A DNA stretch of 44,739 bases, filler included, from an uncultured virus (IMG/VR IMGVR_UViG_2049941000_000871) (taxonomy: Duplodnaviria; Heunggongvirae; Uroviricota; Caudoviricetes). It is 12 parts of one record of this genome, joined end to end, with 100 filler letters (N's around TTAATTAATTAA, not from the genome) between each part and the next. Parts side by side here need not be neighbours in the genome. Positions count along the whole stretch, not along the records: positions 20,653 to 32,055 come from IMGVR_UViG_2049941000_000871; positions 32,156 to 35,049 come from IMGVR_UViG_2049941000_000871; positions 35,150 to 39,716 come from IMGVR_UViG_2049941000_000871; 9 more parts are not named here. One strand, written 5' to 3'. The notes under the pieces are model-generated. The model saw only the letters and a program-made list of their open reading frames with translations, made no database searches and had not been told where the DNA came from. Position numbers and translations under genes: made by a program. Below are positions 28,425 to 37,500 of the stretch, in pieces. The number at the start of each line of letters is the position of its first letter. Position 1 is the first letter of the stretch.

Positions 28425-29314
28425 ATGGGAATACTGAGCGGTTTATTTCGGAGCAGGGATAAGCCCACAGACAGGACGGCAGGAAGCAGTTACAGCTTCT
28501 TTCTTGGCGGAACTGCAAGTGGCAAGTATGTGACTGAGAGATCTGCGATGCAGATGACGGCGGTGTACTGCTGCGTGAGGATCCTGTCGGAGGCAGTGGC
28601 GAGCCTGCCATTACAATTTTACAGATATACAGATGATGGCGGTAAGGAGAAAGCGGTGGAACATCCGCTTTATTTTTTGCTNNNNNNNNNNNNNNNNNNN
28701 NNNNNNNNNNNNNNNNNNNNNNNNNNNNNNNNNNNNNNNNNNNNNNNNNNNNNNNNNNNNNNNNNNNNNNNNNNNNNNNNNNNNNNNNNATACACCGTCT
28801 ATGATTCGGACGATGTGGACGGAAGAAAAGGCACAAATAAGGTCGGAAGGACGGTAAGGCTTCAGCCTCATGATGTGTTGCATATTCCAGGTTTAGGCTT
28901 CGATGGTCTGGTTGGCTATTCGCCGATTGCGATGGCGAAGAATGCCATTGGACTGGCAATAGCTACGGAAGAATATGGAAGCAAGTTTTTTGCAAACGGT
29001 GCGGCTCCTTCCGGTGTGCTGGAGCATCCGGGAACCATTAAGGATCCGAGCAAGGTGAGGGAAAGCTGGCAGGCGACCTTCGGAGGAAGCGGCAATGCGA
29101 ATAAGATTGCCGTTTTGGAAGAAGGCATGAAATACACGCCGATTTCCATTTCACCGGAGCAGGCTCAGTTCCTGGAGACAAGGAAGTTCCAGATTGATGA
29201 GATCGCGAGGATCTTCCGTGTGCCGCCTCATATGATCGGAGACTTGGAAAAGTCCAGCTTTAATAACATTGAGCAGCAGTCGCTGGAGTTTGTGAAGTAT
29301 ACGCTGGATCCGTG
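28425..29314 (+). CDS. HK97-family portal protein, 5' fragment of one variant (gapped)
   Basis: AVYCCVRILSEAVASLPL, VLHIPGLGFDGLVGYSPI, IARIFRVPP. Confidence 0.88.
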
Positions 29315-29324
29315 NNNNNNNNNN

Positions 29325-30360
29325 ATTGATGACGCACCTGCTTCTCTGGGGAAATGCGTATTCGCAGATCATCCGCAATGGCAAGGGTGAGGTTGTGGCT
29401 CTGTATCCGCTGATGCCGGATCGGATGAAGGTGGACCGCGATGAGCATGGACGTCTTTATTACGAATATACCGTTTACGATTCGGACGATGTGGACGGAA
29501 GAAAAGGCACCAATAAGGTTGGAAGGACGGTAAGGCTTCAGCCTCATGATGTTCTACACATTCCTGGATTAGGGTTTGACGGCTTGGTTGGCTACAGCCC
29601 TATTGCGATGGCGAAGAATGCGATCGGGCTGGCAATCGCTACCGAAGAGTATGGCAGCAAGTTCTTTGCGAACGGTGCGGCTCCTTCCGGCGTGCTGGAG
29701 CATCCGGGAACCATTAAGGATCCGAGCAAGGTGAGGGAAAGCTGGCAGGCTACCTTCGGTGGTTCGGGGAATGCGAATAAGATCGCAGTACTTGAAGAAG
29801 GCATGAAGTACACGCCGATTTCCATTTCACCGGAGCAGGCCCAGTTCCTGGAGACAAGGAAGTTCCAGATCGATGAGATTGCAAGAATCTTCCGTGTGCC
29901 GCCTCATATGATCGGAGATTTGGAGAAATCCAGCTTCAACAACATTGAGCAGCAGTCGCTGGAGTTTGTGAAGTATACGCTGGATCCGTGGGTGAGCCGT
30001 TGGGAGCAGGCAATGGTGAGAGCCTTGCTGACTCCGGATGAGAAGAAGAAATACTTCTTCAAGTTCAATGTGGACGGTCTGCTTAGGGGTGATTACCAGA
30101 GCAGGATGAACGGCTATGCGACAGCCAGACAGAACGGATGGATGTCTGCCAATGATATCCGTGAGCTGGAAAACCTTGATAGGATCCCGGCGGAACAGGG
30201 CGGTGATCTGTACCTGATCAATGGAAACATGACGAAGCTGGAGGATGCCGGGATATTTGCGGCGGACGGAAACGGGAAGGAGGAAAATTCCGATGAAGAA
30301 GTTTTGGAACTGGAAAAGCAGGAAGATCAGAGACCAGGCTTCAGGCGAAGAGGTCAATGA
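29325..30360 (+). CDS. HK97-family portal protein, 3' fragment of the second variant
   Basis: LLLWGNAY...LLRGD...NDIRELENL. The overlap with the previous copy differs at synonymous sites. Confidence 0.9.
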
Positions 30361-30555
30361 AAGAGTGCTTTTCCTTAACGGAACCATAGCAGAAGAGAGC
30401 TGGTTTGACGATGATGTCACACCGGCTCTTTTTAGAGATGAGCTGAATGCAGGGACAGGGAACATCACGGTCTGGATCAACAGTCCGGGCGGTGACTGCG
30501 TGGCGGCGGCTCAGATCTACAACATGCTGATGGACTATAAGGGCGATGTCACGGT
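30293..30555 (+). CDS. ClpP-type prohead protease, 5' fragment
   Basis: MKKFWNW...WINSPGGD catalytic Ser motif. Confidence 0.88.
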
Positions 30556-30813
30556 NNNNNNNNNNNNNNNNNNNNNNNNNNNNNNNNNNNNNNNNNNNNN
30601 NNNNNNNNNNNNNNNNNNNNNNNNNNNNNNNNNNNNNNNNNNNNNNNNNNNNNNNNNNNNNNNNNNNNNNNNNNNNNNNNNNNNNNNNNNNNNNNNNNNN
30701 NNNNNNNNNNNNNNNNNNNNNNNNNNNNNNNNNNNNNNNNNNNNNNNNNNNNNNNNNNNNNNNNNNNNNNNNNNNNNNNNNNNNNNNNNNNNNNNNNNNN
30801 NNNNNNNTTTCAG

Positions 30814-31089
30814 ATGACTTTGACTGTGGAAGAAATGAAGAATTATCTGCGGATCGATTTCGAGGATGATGATTCACTTTTGGAAAACTTCATAGCAGCC
30901 GGGAAGAAGCAGTGCATGGATATCCTGCGGACAGACGATGAAGCTGATCTGGATGCCTGTGCCAACGGAAAGATCGCCGTGATGTTTACGGTGGCTTATC
31001 TGTATGAACACAGGGAGGAGGCTGACCACCATGCGATGGATCTGACGCTTCGGGCTTTGCTGTTCGGTAGCCGGAAGGAGGGATTCTGA
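30814..31089 (+). CDS. Head-tail connector (HK97 gp6-like)
   Basis: LTVEEMKNYLRIDFEDDDSLL...VAYLYEHRE. A second partial copy lies at 32156-32303. Confidence 0.88.
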   Translation: MTLTVEEMKNYLRIDFEDDDSLLENFIAAGKKQCMDILRTDDEADLDACANGKIAVMFTVAYLYEHREEADHHAMDLTLRALLFGSRKEGF

Positions 31090-31405
31090 TGGATGTGGCA
31101 GCTTTAAGGTCCAAGGTGACATTCCAGAAGAATGAGACCGTGACGGATAAGTACGGCAATCATAAGAATGCCTGGACGGATTACTATACCTGCTTTGCCA
31201 CAATCGGCGGCGAAGGGATGGCGAGTTCCAAGGAAGAACAGGTTGCCGGAACTACGGTTGAAGAGACTTCCATGACGGTTACGGTCCGGTATTGCAGTAA
31301 GGCTGCGGCGGTCACTTCCATGGGGTTCAGGGTAATGTTCATGGGTGAGATCTACAACATCGAGAACATTGACCATATGAATTTCAGGAAGAAGTCGCTG
31401 AAGTT
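31089..31405 (+). CDS. Head closure / head-tail adaptor, variant copy (3' truncated)
   Basis: LRSKVTFQK...D-YGN...TVRY...YNIENID. Confidence 0.82.
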
Positions 31406-31415
31406 NNNNNNNNNN

Positions 31416-31691
31416 CGGTATCGCGGAGGAAGAGGCGTTCTGTGTGGGTACCGGAACCGGTCAGCCTACGGGTATCTTTACCGCAAACGGCGGCGAGGTC
31501 GGCGTGACTGCTGCAGGTTCTACCGCTGTGACTGCGGATGAGTTAATCAGCCTTGTCTATTCGCTTAAGAGTCCTTACCGCAGAAACGCGAAGTTCCTTG
31601 CGAATGACACGACTATCTCTGCGATCAGGAAGCTTAAGGATGGCAACGGTGTTTACCTCTGGCAGCCTTCCCTTCAGGCAGGTGAGCCGGA
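31416..31691 (+). CDS. Major capsid protein internal fragment (second variant)
   Basis: Near-identical to the region around 33569-33844. Confidence 0.85.
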
Positions 31692-31701
31692 NNNNNNNNN
31701 N

Positions 31702-32040
31702 CCATACGCAGCCGAACAGGCAGCTGTATGACGTTCTGACAAAGGGATCATCGGATGCCAGACAGAATCCACTGCATTTCATTATCACCACGGCAGGCAC
31801 GGACAGACATTCCATAGCCTATGAGCTACATACGAAAGCGGTGGATATTCTGGAAGGCCGGCGTGTGGATCCGACTTTCTATCCGGTGGTCTACGGACTG
31901 AAGGATGATGAGGACTGGGAGGATGAAGCAAATTGGTACAAGGTCAATCCTTCGCTGGGATACACCGTGGATATCGAACGTTTGCGTGATGCCTACCGGG
32001 AAGCAAAGCAGAATCCGGCAGATGAAGTGACTTTCAAGTG
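31702..32040 (+). CDS. terL: Terminase large subunit internal fragment (second variant)
   Basis: HTQPNRQLYDVLTKGSSDARQNPLHFIITTAG, duplicating the region from 27288 with synonymous changes. Confidence 0.85.
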
Positions 32041-32302
32041 GATCCTTTCGACTTCNNNNNNNNNNNNNNNNNNNNNNNNNNNNNNNNNNNNNNNNNNNNT
32101 TAATTAATTAANNNNNNNNNNNNNNNNNNNNNNNNNNNNNNNNNNNNNNNNNNNNGGCGGATCTGGACGCCTGTGCTAATGGGAAGATTGCCGTGATGTT
32201 TACGGTGGCTTATCTGTATGAGCACAGGGAAGAAGCCGATCATCACGCAATGGATCTGACACTTCGGGCGCTGTTATTTGGCAGCCGAAAGGAGGGATTC
32301 TG

Positions 32303-32644
32303 ATGAATGTGGCGGCTTTGAGGTCCAAGGTGACATTCCAAAAGAATGAGACCGTGACGGATAAGTACGGCAATCATAAGAACGACTGGACGGATTATTA
32401 TACCTGCTGTGCCACGATTGGCGGTGAGGGGCTGGCCAGTTCTAAGGAAGAAGAGGTTGCTGGAACTACGGTTGAGGATTTTTCAATGACCGTATCTATC
32501 CGTTATTGCCAGAAGGCTGCTGCGATTGATTCCACGCACTACCGGGTGATGTTTATGGGTGAAATCTACAACATCCTGAATATCGACCATATGAACTTCC
32601 GGAAGAAGTCATTGAAGTTCACCTGTAGGAAGGAGCGGCGCTGA
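32303..32644 (+). CDS. Head closure / head-tail adaptor
   Basis: Complete 113 aa homolog of the gene at 31089. Confidence 0.85.
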   Translation: MNVAALRSKVTFQKNETVTDKYGNHKNDWTDYYTCCATIGGEGLASSKEEEVAGTTVEDFSMTVSIRYCQKAAAIDSTHYRVMFMGEIYNILNIDHMNFRKKSLKFTCRKERR

Positions 32645-33027
32645 TGGCACAGACGATAAAGATTGACCAGCTGGCGGATACCGTGATGAAGGGCATGGAG
32701 GAATACGCGAAGCTTGCTGCGGAGGACCTGAAGAAGGATGTCCAGAAGGCGGGCAAGACCGTAAAGCAGCAGATCGAAAGCACGGCTCCGAAGAAGACGG
32801 GTAAGTATTCCAAGAGCTGGGCAGTGAAGAAGACCAGGGAAACGTCAGATTCCATCCAGATCGTGGTGTATTCCAAACGATACCAGCTGACACATCTTTT
32901 GGAGTTTGGCCATGCGAAGCGCGGCGGTGGAAGGACAAGGGCGTTCCCTCACATCGCGCCGGCGGAGCAGGCAGGTATCGAGCAGCTGACAAGGGATATC
33001 GAGCGTGACCTGCAGAAAGGCGGTTAN
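32644..33027 (+). CDS. HK97 gp10-like neck protein
   Basis: APKKTGKYSKSW...LTHLLEFGHAKRGGGR...PHIAPA. Confidence 0.85.
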
Positions 33028-33037
33028 NNNNNNNNNA

Positions 33038-34084
33038 ATCGAGGATCTGACTGCGGCAATCGACCGTCAGCAGAGAGCTGAGGCAAGAGAGGCTGAGTTC
33101 AACAAGCCTGTCAATATGCCTCTTACAGGAAGACCTGCGAGACAGGAAGTGGAGGAAAAGACAGGCCGCGCTTCCAATGCGTACAAGGAAGATTTCGGCG
33201 CACATCTTCGCGGAAAGAGACTTGTTCACAATGTCCTTTCCGAAGGCGTGCAGGCGGACGGCGGATACCTTGTTCCGGAAGAGTTTGAGCGTCAGATCGT
33301 GATGGGTCTGGATGAGGCGAATGTGGTGAGAGGGCTTGCGAAGGTCATTACCACAAGCGCTGAGAGAAAGATCCCGGTTGCGGCGACTCATTCCGAGGCA
33401 AAGTGGACGGCTGAAAACGGCGCTTATACCGAGAGCGATCCTACTTTTGACCAGAAGACTATTGATGCATTCAAGCTTACCGATCTTGTGAAGGTTTCCA
33501 TTGAGCTTCTTCAGGATTCCGCGTTCGATCTTGAAAGCTATATCGCGGCTGAGTTCGCGAGGGCTTTTGGTATCGCGGAGGAAGAGGCGTTCTGTGTGGG
33601 TACCGGAACCGGCCAGCCTACAGGTATCTTTACCGCGAACGGCGGACAGGTGGGCGTGAATGCTGCGGGTTCTACCGCTGTTACCGCGGATGAGCTGATC
33701 AGCCTTGTATACGCGCTTAAGAGCCCTTACCGCAGAAACGCGAAGTTCCTTACGAATGACGCGACCATCGCTGCGATCAGGAAGCTGAAGGACGGCAACG
33801 GTGTTTACCTCTGGCAGCCTTCCCTTCAGGCAGGTGAGCCGGACAAGCTCCTGGGCTATGACCTTTACACCAGCCCTTATGTTCCGCAGATGGAAGCAGG
33901 CGCTTACTCTGTAGCGTTCGGTGATTTCAAGAATTACTGGATCGCTGACCGCGCCGGCAGAACTGTCCAGAGACTCAATGAGCTCTACAGCACCAACGGC
34001 CAGGTTGGCTTTGTTGCTACTGAGCGTGTTGACGGCAAGGTCATTCTTCCGGAGGGCATCAAGCTCCTGAAGATGAAGGCGTAA
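33038..34084 (+). CDS. HK97-fold major capsid protein (5' end missing)
   Basis: DGGYLVPEEF, VSIELLQDS, GTGTGQPTGI, IRKLKDGNG, FGDF, RVDGK. Confidence 0.92.
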   Translation: MEDLTAAIDRQQRAEAREAEFNKPVNMPLTGRPARQEVEEKTGRASNAYKEDFGAHLRGKRLVHNVLSEGVQADGGYLVPEEFERQIVMGLDEANVVRGLAKVITTSAERKIPVAATHSEAKWTAENGAYTESDPTFDQKTIDAFKLTDLVKVSIELLQDSAFDLESYIAAEFARAFGIAEEEAFCVGTGTGQPTGIFTANGGQVGVNAAGSTAVTADELISLVYALKSPYRRNAKFLTNDATIAAIRKLKDGNGVYLWQPSLQAGEPDKLLGYDLYTSPYVPQMEAGAYSVAFGDFKNYWIADRAGRTVQRLNELYSTNGQVGFVATERVDGKVILPEGIKLLKMKA

Positions 34085-34097
34085 GGATAACGGATAA

Positions 34098-34136
34098 CAG
34101 GGCTGCTGTATTTTGCGATACGGCAGCCTGGATTTT
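34098..34136 (+). terminator. Hairpin after the capsid gene
   Basis: GGCTGCTGTAT-tttgcg-ATACGGCAGCC followed by tggatttt. Confidence 0.55.
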
Positions 34137-34147
34137 GGAGGTGTGAA

Positions 34148-34672
34148 ATGAGCGAATATAACGCAAAGAATTATACAGAGCAGGGCGGCGATGTCACTCA
34201 TATCGGCGGCAAGATCGTGTATGACAATGGCCTGATGCCGAACATGAGCACGGCTGATGTGACAAGCGACACCGTGGCAAAGGTCAGAACTACTCTGAAT
34301 GCCCTGATCACAAAGCTTAAGAATGCGGGCCTTATGGTGGGCGATGCGTTTACCATGCAGTATGCGGCGGTGACGGACAGTGTTGCCGGCCATGCGGATC
34401 GCTCCTATAACACCGGGAAGATTTCCGATGTTACGGTGGATAATGACGCGCATATCATCACGATCACTTTGTCCGAGAAGGTGAAGGATCTTAAGGATTT
34501 CGAGGCCGGTAATGGATGGGGCAAGCACAAGTGGCTTGGCGTTGGTCTTGGCGTTGGGATCTCTCCGATTACTGGTCTGTATTACAACGGTTCTGCTTTG
34601 AGCGCGGAGGATGTTTCCGAAGCGACTCAGTGTGGTTTGGATGCCGGGTACTTTGTCCGCTGGGTTGCGGCT
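34148..34672 (+). CDS. Putative head fibre/decoration protein (3' truncated)
   Basis: YNAKNYTEQGG...LNALITKLKNAGLM, directly after the capsid gene. RBS GGAGGTG. Confidence 0.65.
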
Positions 34673-34682
34673 NNNNNNNNNN

Positions 34683-34854
34683 GTACATGGAGTTTTCCAA
34701 CCTGAGCATTGAACTTTATACCGATGAGAAGGATCCGGAAATTGAAGACAGGGTCGAGGCTGTGCTGAATGCCCACGAACTGTTCTGGAACAAATCTGAG
34801 GTATGGATCGAATCAGAGAAACTATACGAAGTGCTGTACCAGATGACGGTATAG
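34683..34854 (+). CDS. Tail terminator-like protein, 3' fragment
   Basis: IELYTDEKD...WIESEKLYEVLY, immediately upstream of the major tail gene. Confidence 0.7.
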
Positions 34855-34872
34855 CGGAAAGAGAGGTTTATT

Positions 34873-35049
34873 ATGCCGAGTACAAATAACAAGGTGAAAT
34901 TCGGACTTAAGAACTGCCACTATGCCAAGGCAACTCTTGATCCGGATACGAATGAAGTTACTTTCGCTACACCGGTAGCCATTCCTGGTGCAGTGAATTT
35001 GTCGCTGGATCCTGAAGGGGATACCGAGCCGTTCTATGCGGACGATATG
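34873..35049 (+). CDS. Major tail protein (phi13-like family), 5' part
   Basis: [13 protein letters not shown]...[16 protein letters not shown]...FYADD. Continues at 42346. Confidence 0.88.
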
Positions 35050-35149
35050 NNNNNNNNNNNNNNNNNNNNNNNNNNNNNNNNNNNNNNNNNNNNTTAATTA
35101 ATTAANNNNNNNNNNNNNNNNNNNNNNNNNNNNNNNNNNNNNNNNNNNN

Positions 35150-35495
35150 TGATGTGACTTTCAGGGCATCGGCAGCCATTCCGAGAATATACAGGAACAA
35201 GTTCCACAGGGATATCTACAAAGATCTTCATGACTTGCAGAAGAGCATTGATGAGAATGATCCGGAAAATTCCGCGCTGGATTCTTTTTCGCTGGAACTG
35301 TTCGAGGATATCAGCTACATCATGGCGAAACACGCGGATCCGCAGAATGTTCCTGATACGCCGGATGAATGGCTGGATCAGTTCGGGACTTTTTCCATTT
35401 ATCAGGTGCTTCCTGAGATTATCGAGCTTTGGGGCTTGAATGTGCAGACGCAGGTGGAGAGTAAAAAAAACTTCGAGCGACTGACCGGGAAATGA
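35150..35495 (+). CDS. Tail assembly chaperone, 3' part (5' end at 43096-43127)
   Basis: VTFRASAAIPRIYR...WLDQF...LPEIIELW...SKKN with slippery site A AAA AAC. Confidence 0.8.
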
Positions 35496-35656
35496 CAACG
35501 CCGCTCTTACTTTTAAGGGCGGTGCAGCTGGGCGTGCATATCAGTGAGATGGATTTGCTGACGATAGGATGCTTACTGGATATGTATAGTGAGCTTCAGG
35601 CTGATGATGTGCCTCCGGTTTACACAGCCAGCCAGGATGACATGGATAAGTTTTAA
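35492..35656 (+). CDS. Tail chaperone -1 frameshift extension (not in ORF track)
   Basis: MTTPLLLLRAVQLG...ASQDDMDKF*, in the -1 frame, which is open from the slippery site at 35465-35471. Confidence 0.75.
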   Translation: MTTPLLLLRAVQLGVHISEMDLLTIGCLLDMYSELQADDVPPVYTASQDDMDKF

Positions 35657-35685
35657 TTGATATTTGTATGGATTAGTAGTATTAT
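35657..35685 (+). promoter_or_regulatory. sigmaA-like promoter of the ABC-F gene
   Basis: TTGATA-17 nt-TATTAT. Confidence 0.6.
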
Positions 35686-35892
35686 ACTAAAGGAAAATAG
35701 AAGAAAGGCACGCATCTTGTGTGTGGGTGAGGAAATGAAGAATAGATAATTTGATTTGGTAAACGCGAACGAAAATATTATGGCCTGAAAAGGTCTGTTT
35801 GTGTATGCCGAATTGGATTATCGTATTCATTTTGAAGCCATCTTGAAGTGATGCTTTCTTTCGGCATATATTGGGTCTTCATTTGTACGTGT

Positions 35893-35923
35893 AATCTGCT
35901 TTCGGCTTGGAGCAGATTTTTTT
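35893..35923 (+). terminator. Attenuator terminator in the ABC-F leader
   Basis: AATCTGCT-ttcggcttgg-AGCAGATT plus a T run, about 30 nt upstream of the start codon. Confidence 0.72.
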
Positions 35924-35953
35924 GTGCCATTAAAAATATCGGAGGTGATGTGT

Positions 35954-37486
35954 ATGGCACAGATACAAGTGACGGACCTGACATTTTCCTATGACGGAAG
36001 CGCGGACGATGTTCTTAAAGATGTGAATTTTAACATTGATACAGACTGGAAGCTGGGGCTGATCGGAAGAAATGGTAAGGGTAAAACAACTCTGCTAAAC
36101 CTTCTTATGGGAAGATTTGATTACCATGGCAATATTAAGACATCTACCTGCTTTGATTATTTTCCGTATACAGTATTTGATTCAGATCTGACAAAAAATG
36201 CAGTTGATCTCATAGAGAGATGGAAACCACAGATTGAAATCTGGCAGGTTCTGATCCAGATGAATGAGCTTAAGATGGATCCGGAATGCTTATACAGACC
36301 ATTTGGTACGCTTAGCTTCGGAGAGCGGACAAGAGTGATGTTGGCAGTGCTGTTTGCGGCAGAGAATGAGTTCCTTCTGATCGATGAACCTACGAACCAT
36401 TTGGATACCAAGGCACGGGATATTATAAAAGAGTATCTGGCTTCAAAAAAGGGGTTTATCCTTGTATCACATGATAGGGATCTTTTGGATGCTGTATGTG
36501 ATCATGTGCTTGTTTTGAACAGGTCTACAATCGAGATACAGGCAGGCAATTTTTCAACATGGTGGGAGAATAAGGAAAAGAAGGACGCATTTCAGCAGGC
36601 GGAAAATGAAAAGCATCTTAAGGAGATAGGCAAGCTGAGAGCAGCGGCTGACAGGAGCAGCCGGTGGGCAGATAAGAATGAAAATTCCAAGATAGGATTT
36701 GATCCCGTAAAGGAGCATGACAGGAGCATCGCAACCAGATCCTTTATTGGCGCAAAAACCAAGAAGATGCAAGCTCGTGTGAAATCCTATGAGCAGCGTA
36801 TTGGACGCGAGATTGAAGAGAAAGAAGGTCTTCTGCAAGATATTGAGAGAGTATCAGATCTGAAAATAGAACCGCTTAAATTCCATAAGGGGGTGCTTAT
36901 CAATGTGAATGATCTGTCGCTTGGATATGAATCTGAGAAGCCACTGTTTGAAGGCCTGCGTTTTCAGGTTAAGCGAGGCGAAAGAATAATTCTTTCTGGT
37001 GAGAATGGATGCGGGAAATCGAGTGTTCTGAAGGCGATATTGCAGAAGGCAGATTTTAGGGAGTGGGGAGCCGATTCGGGGTTACTCATATCAGGAGATC
37101 TGGATGTTGCATCCGGCATGACTATATCGTATGTCAATCAGGATACGTCTTTTTTGTCAGGTACTTTACGGAAATACAGTGAGATTAAAGGGCTTAATGA
37201 AAGTCTGTTTCTTGCGGTGCTAAGGCAGCTTGATTTTGGACGGGAACAGTTTGTGAAAAATATGGAGGACTTTTCGGAGGGTCAGAAGAAGAAGGTACTG
37301 ATTGCAGCAAGTCTGCTCACGCCGGCTCACTTATATATTTGGGATGAACCATTAAATTTTATTGATGTGTTCTCACGGATGCAGATAGAAAAACTGATCC
37401 TGCAATATAAGCCTACCATGCTTTTGGTAGAGCATGATGTCAGGTTTCAGGAAAAAGTAGGTACAGATATTATCAGAATAGGATAA
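35954..37486 (+). CDS. lsa: Lsa-family ABC-F ribosomal protection protein
   Basis: Two ABC domains (GRNGKGKTT/LSFGE/IDEPTNHLD and GENGCGKSS/FSEGQKKK/WDEPLN), a charged linker and no TM segments. The N-terminus LTFSYDGS...IDTDWKLGLIGRNG matches Lsa(B)/Lsa(E)-type proteins as I recall them. RBS GGAGGTG. Confidence 0.85.
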   Translation: MAQIQVTDLTFSYDGSADDVLKDVNFNIDTDWKLGLIGRNGKGKTTLLNLLMGRFDYHGNIKTSTCFDYFPYTVFDSDLTKNAVDLIERWKPQIEIWQVLIQMNELKMDPECLYRPFGTLSFGERTRVMLAVLFAAENEFLLIDEPTNHLDTKARDIIKEYLASKKGFILVSHDRDLLDAVCDHVLVLNRSTIEIQAGNFSTWWENKEKKDAFQQAENEKHLKEIGKLRAAADRSSRWADKNENSKIGFDPVKEHDRSIATRSFIGAKTKKMQARVKSYEQRIGREIEEKEGLLQDIERVSDLKIEPLKFHKGVLINVNDLSLGYESEKPLFEGLRFQVKRGERIILSGENGCGKSSVLKAILQKADFREWGADSGLLISGDLDVASGMTISYVNQDTSFLSGTLRKYSEIKGLNESLFLAVLRQLDFGREQFVKNMEDFSEGQKKKVLIAASLLTPAHLYIWDEPLNFIDVFSRMQIEKLILQYKPTMLLVEHDVRFQEKVGTDIIRIG

Positions 37487-37500
37487 TGTCNNNNNNNNNN

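Noticed and set aside
28349..28462. Small hydrophobic ORF (MLILSMIGFLVIREAL...) between terL and portal
   Set aside because: No convincing RBS and it overlaps the portal start. It cannot be supported from sequence alone.
32033..32055. terL fragment ending in WILST as a frameshift or pseudogene
   Set aside because: The tip GGATCCTTTCGACTTC matches the primase gene at about 21726-21741, so this is a chimeric contig end.
26621..34084. Real tandem duplications or shuffling of terL, portal, capsid and head-tail genes
   Set aside because: Every duplicate begins and ends at an N gap. This is best explained by co-assembled variants and mis-ordered contigs.
32609..34528. Long antisense ORFs (639 aa here; also 9607..10647 and 7999..8616)
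   Set aside because: Shadow frames opposite well-supported genes, with no recognisable motifs.
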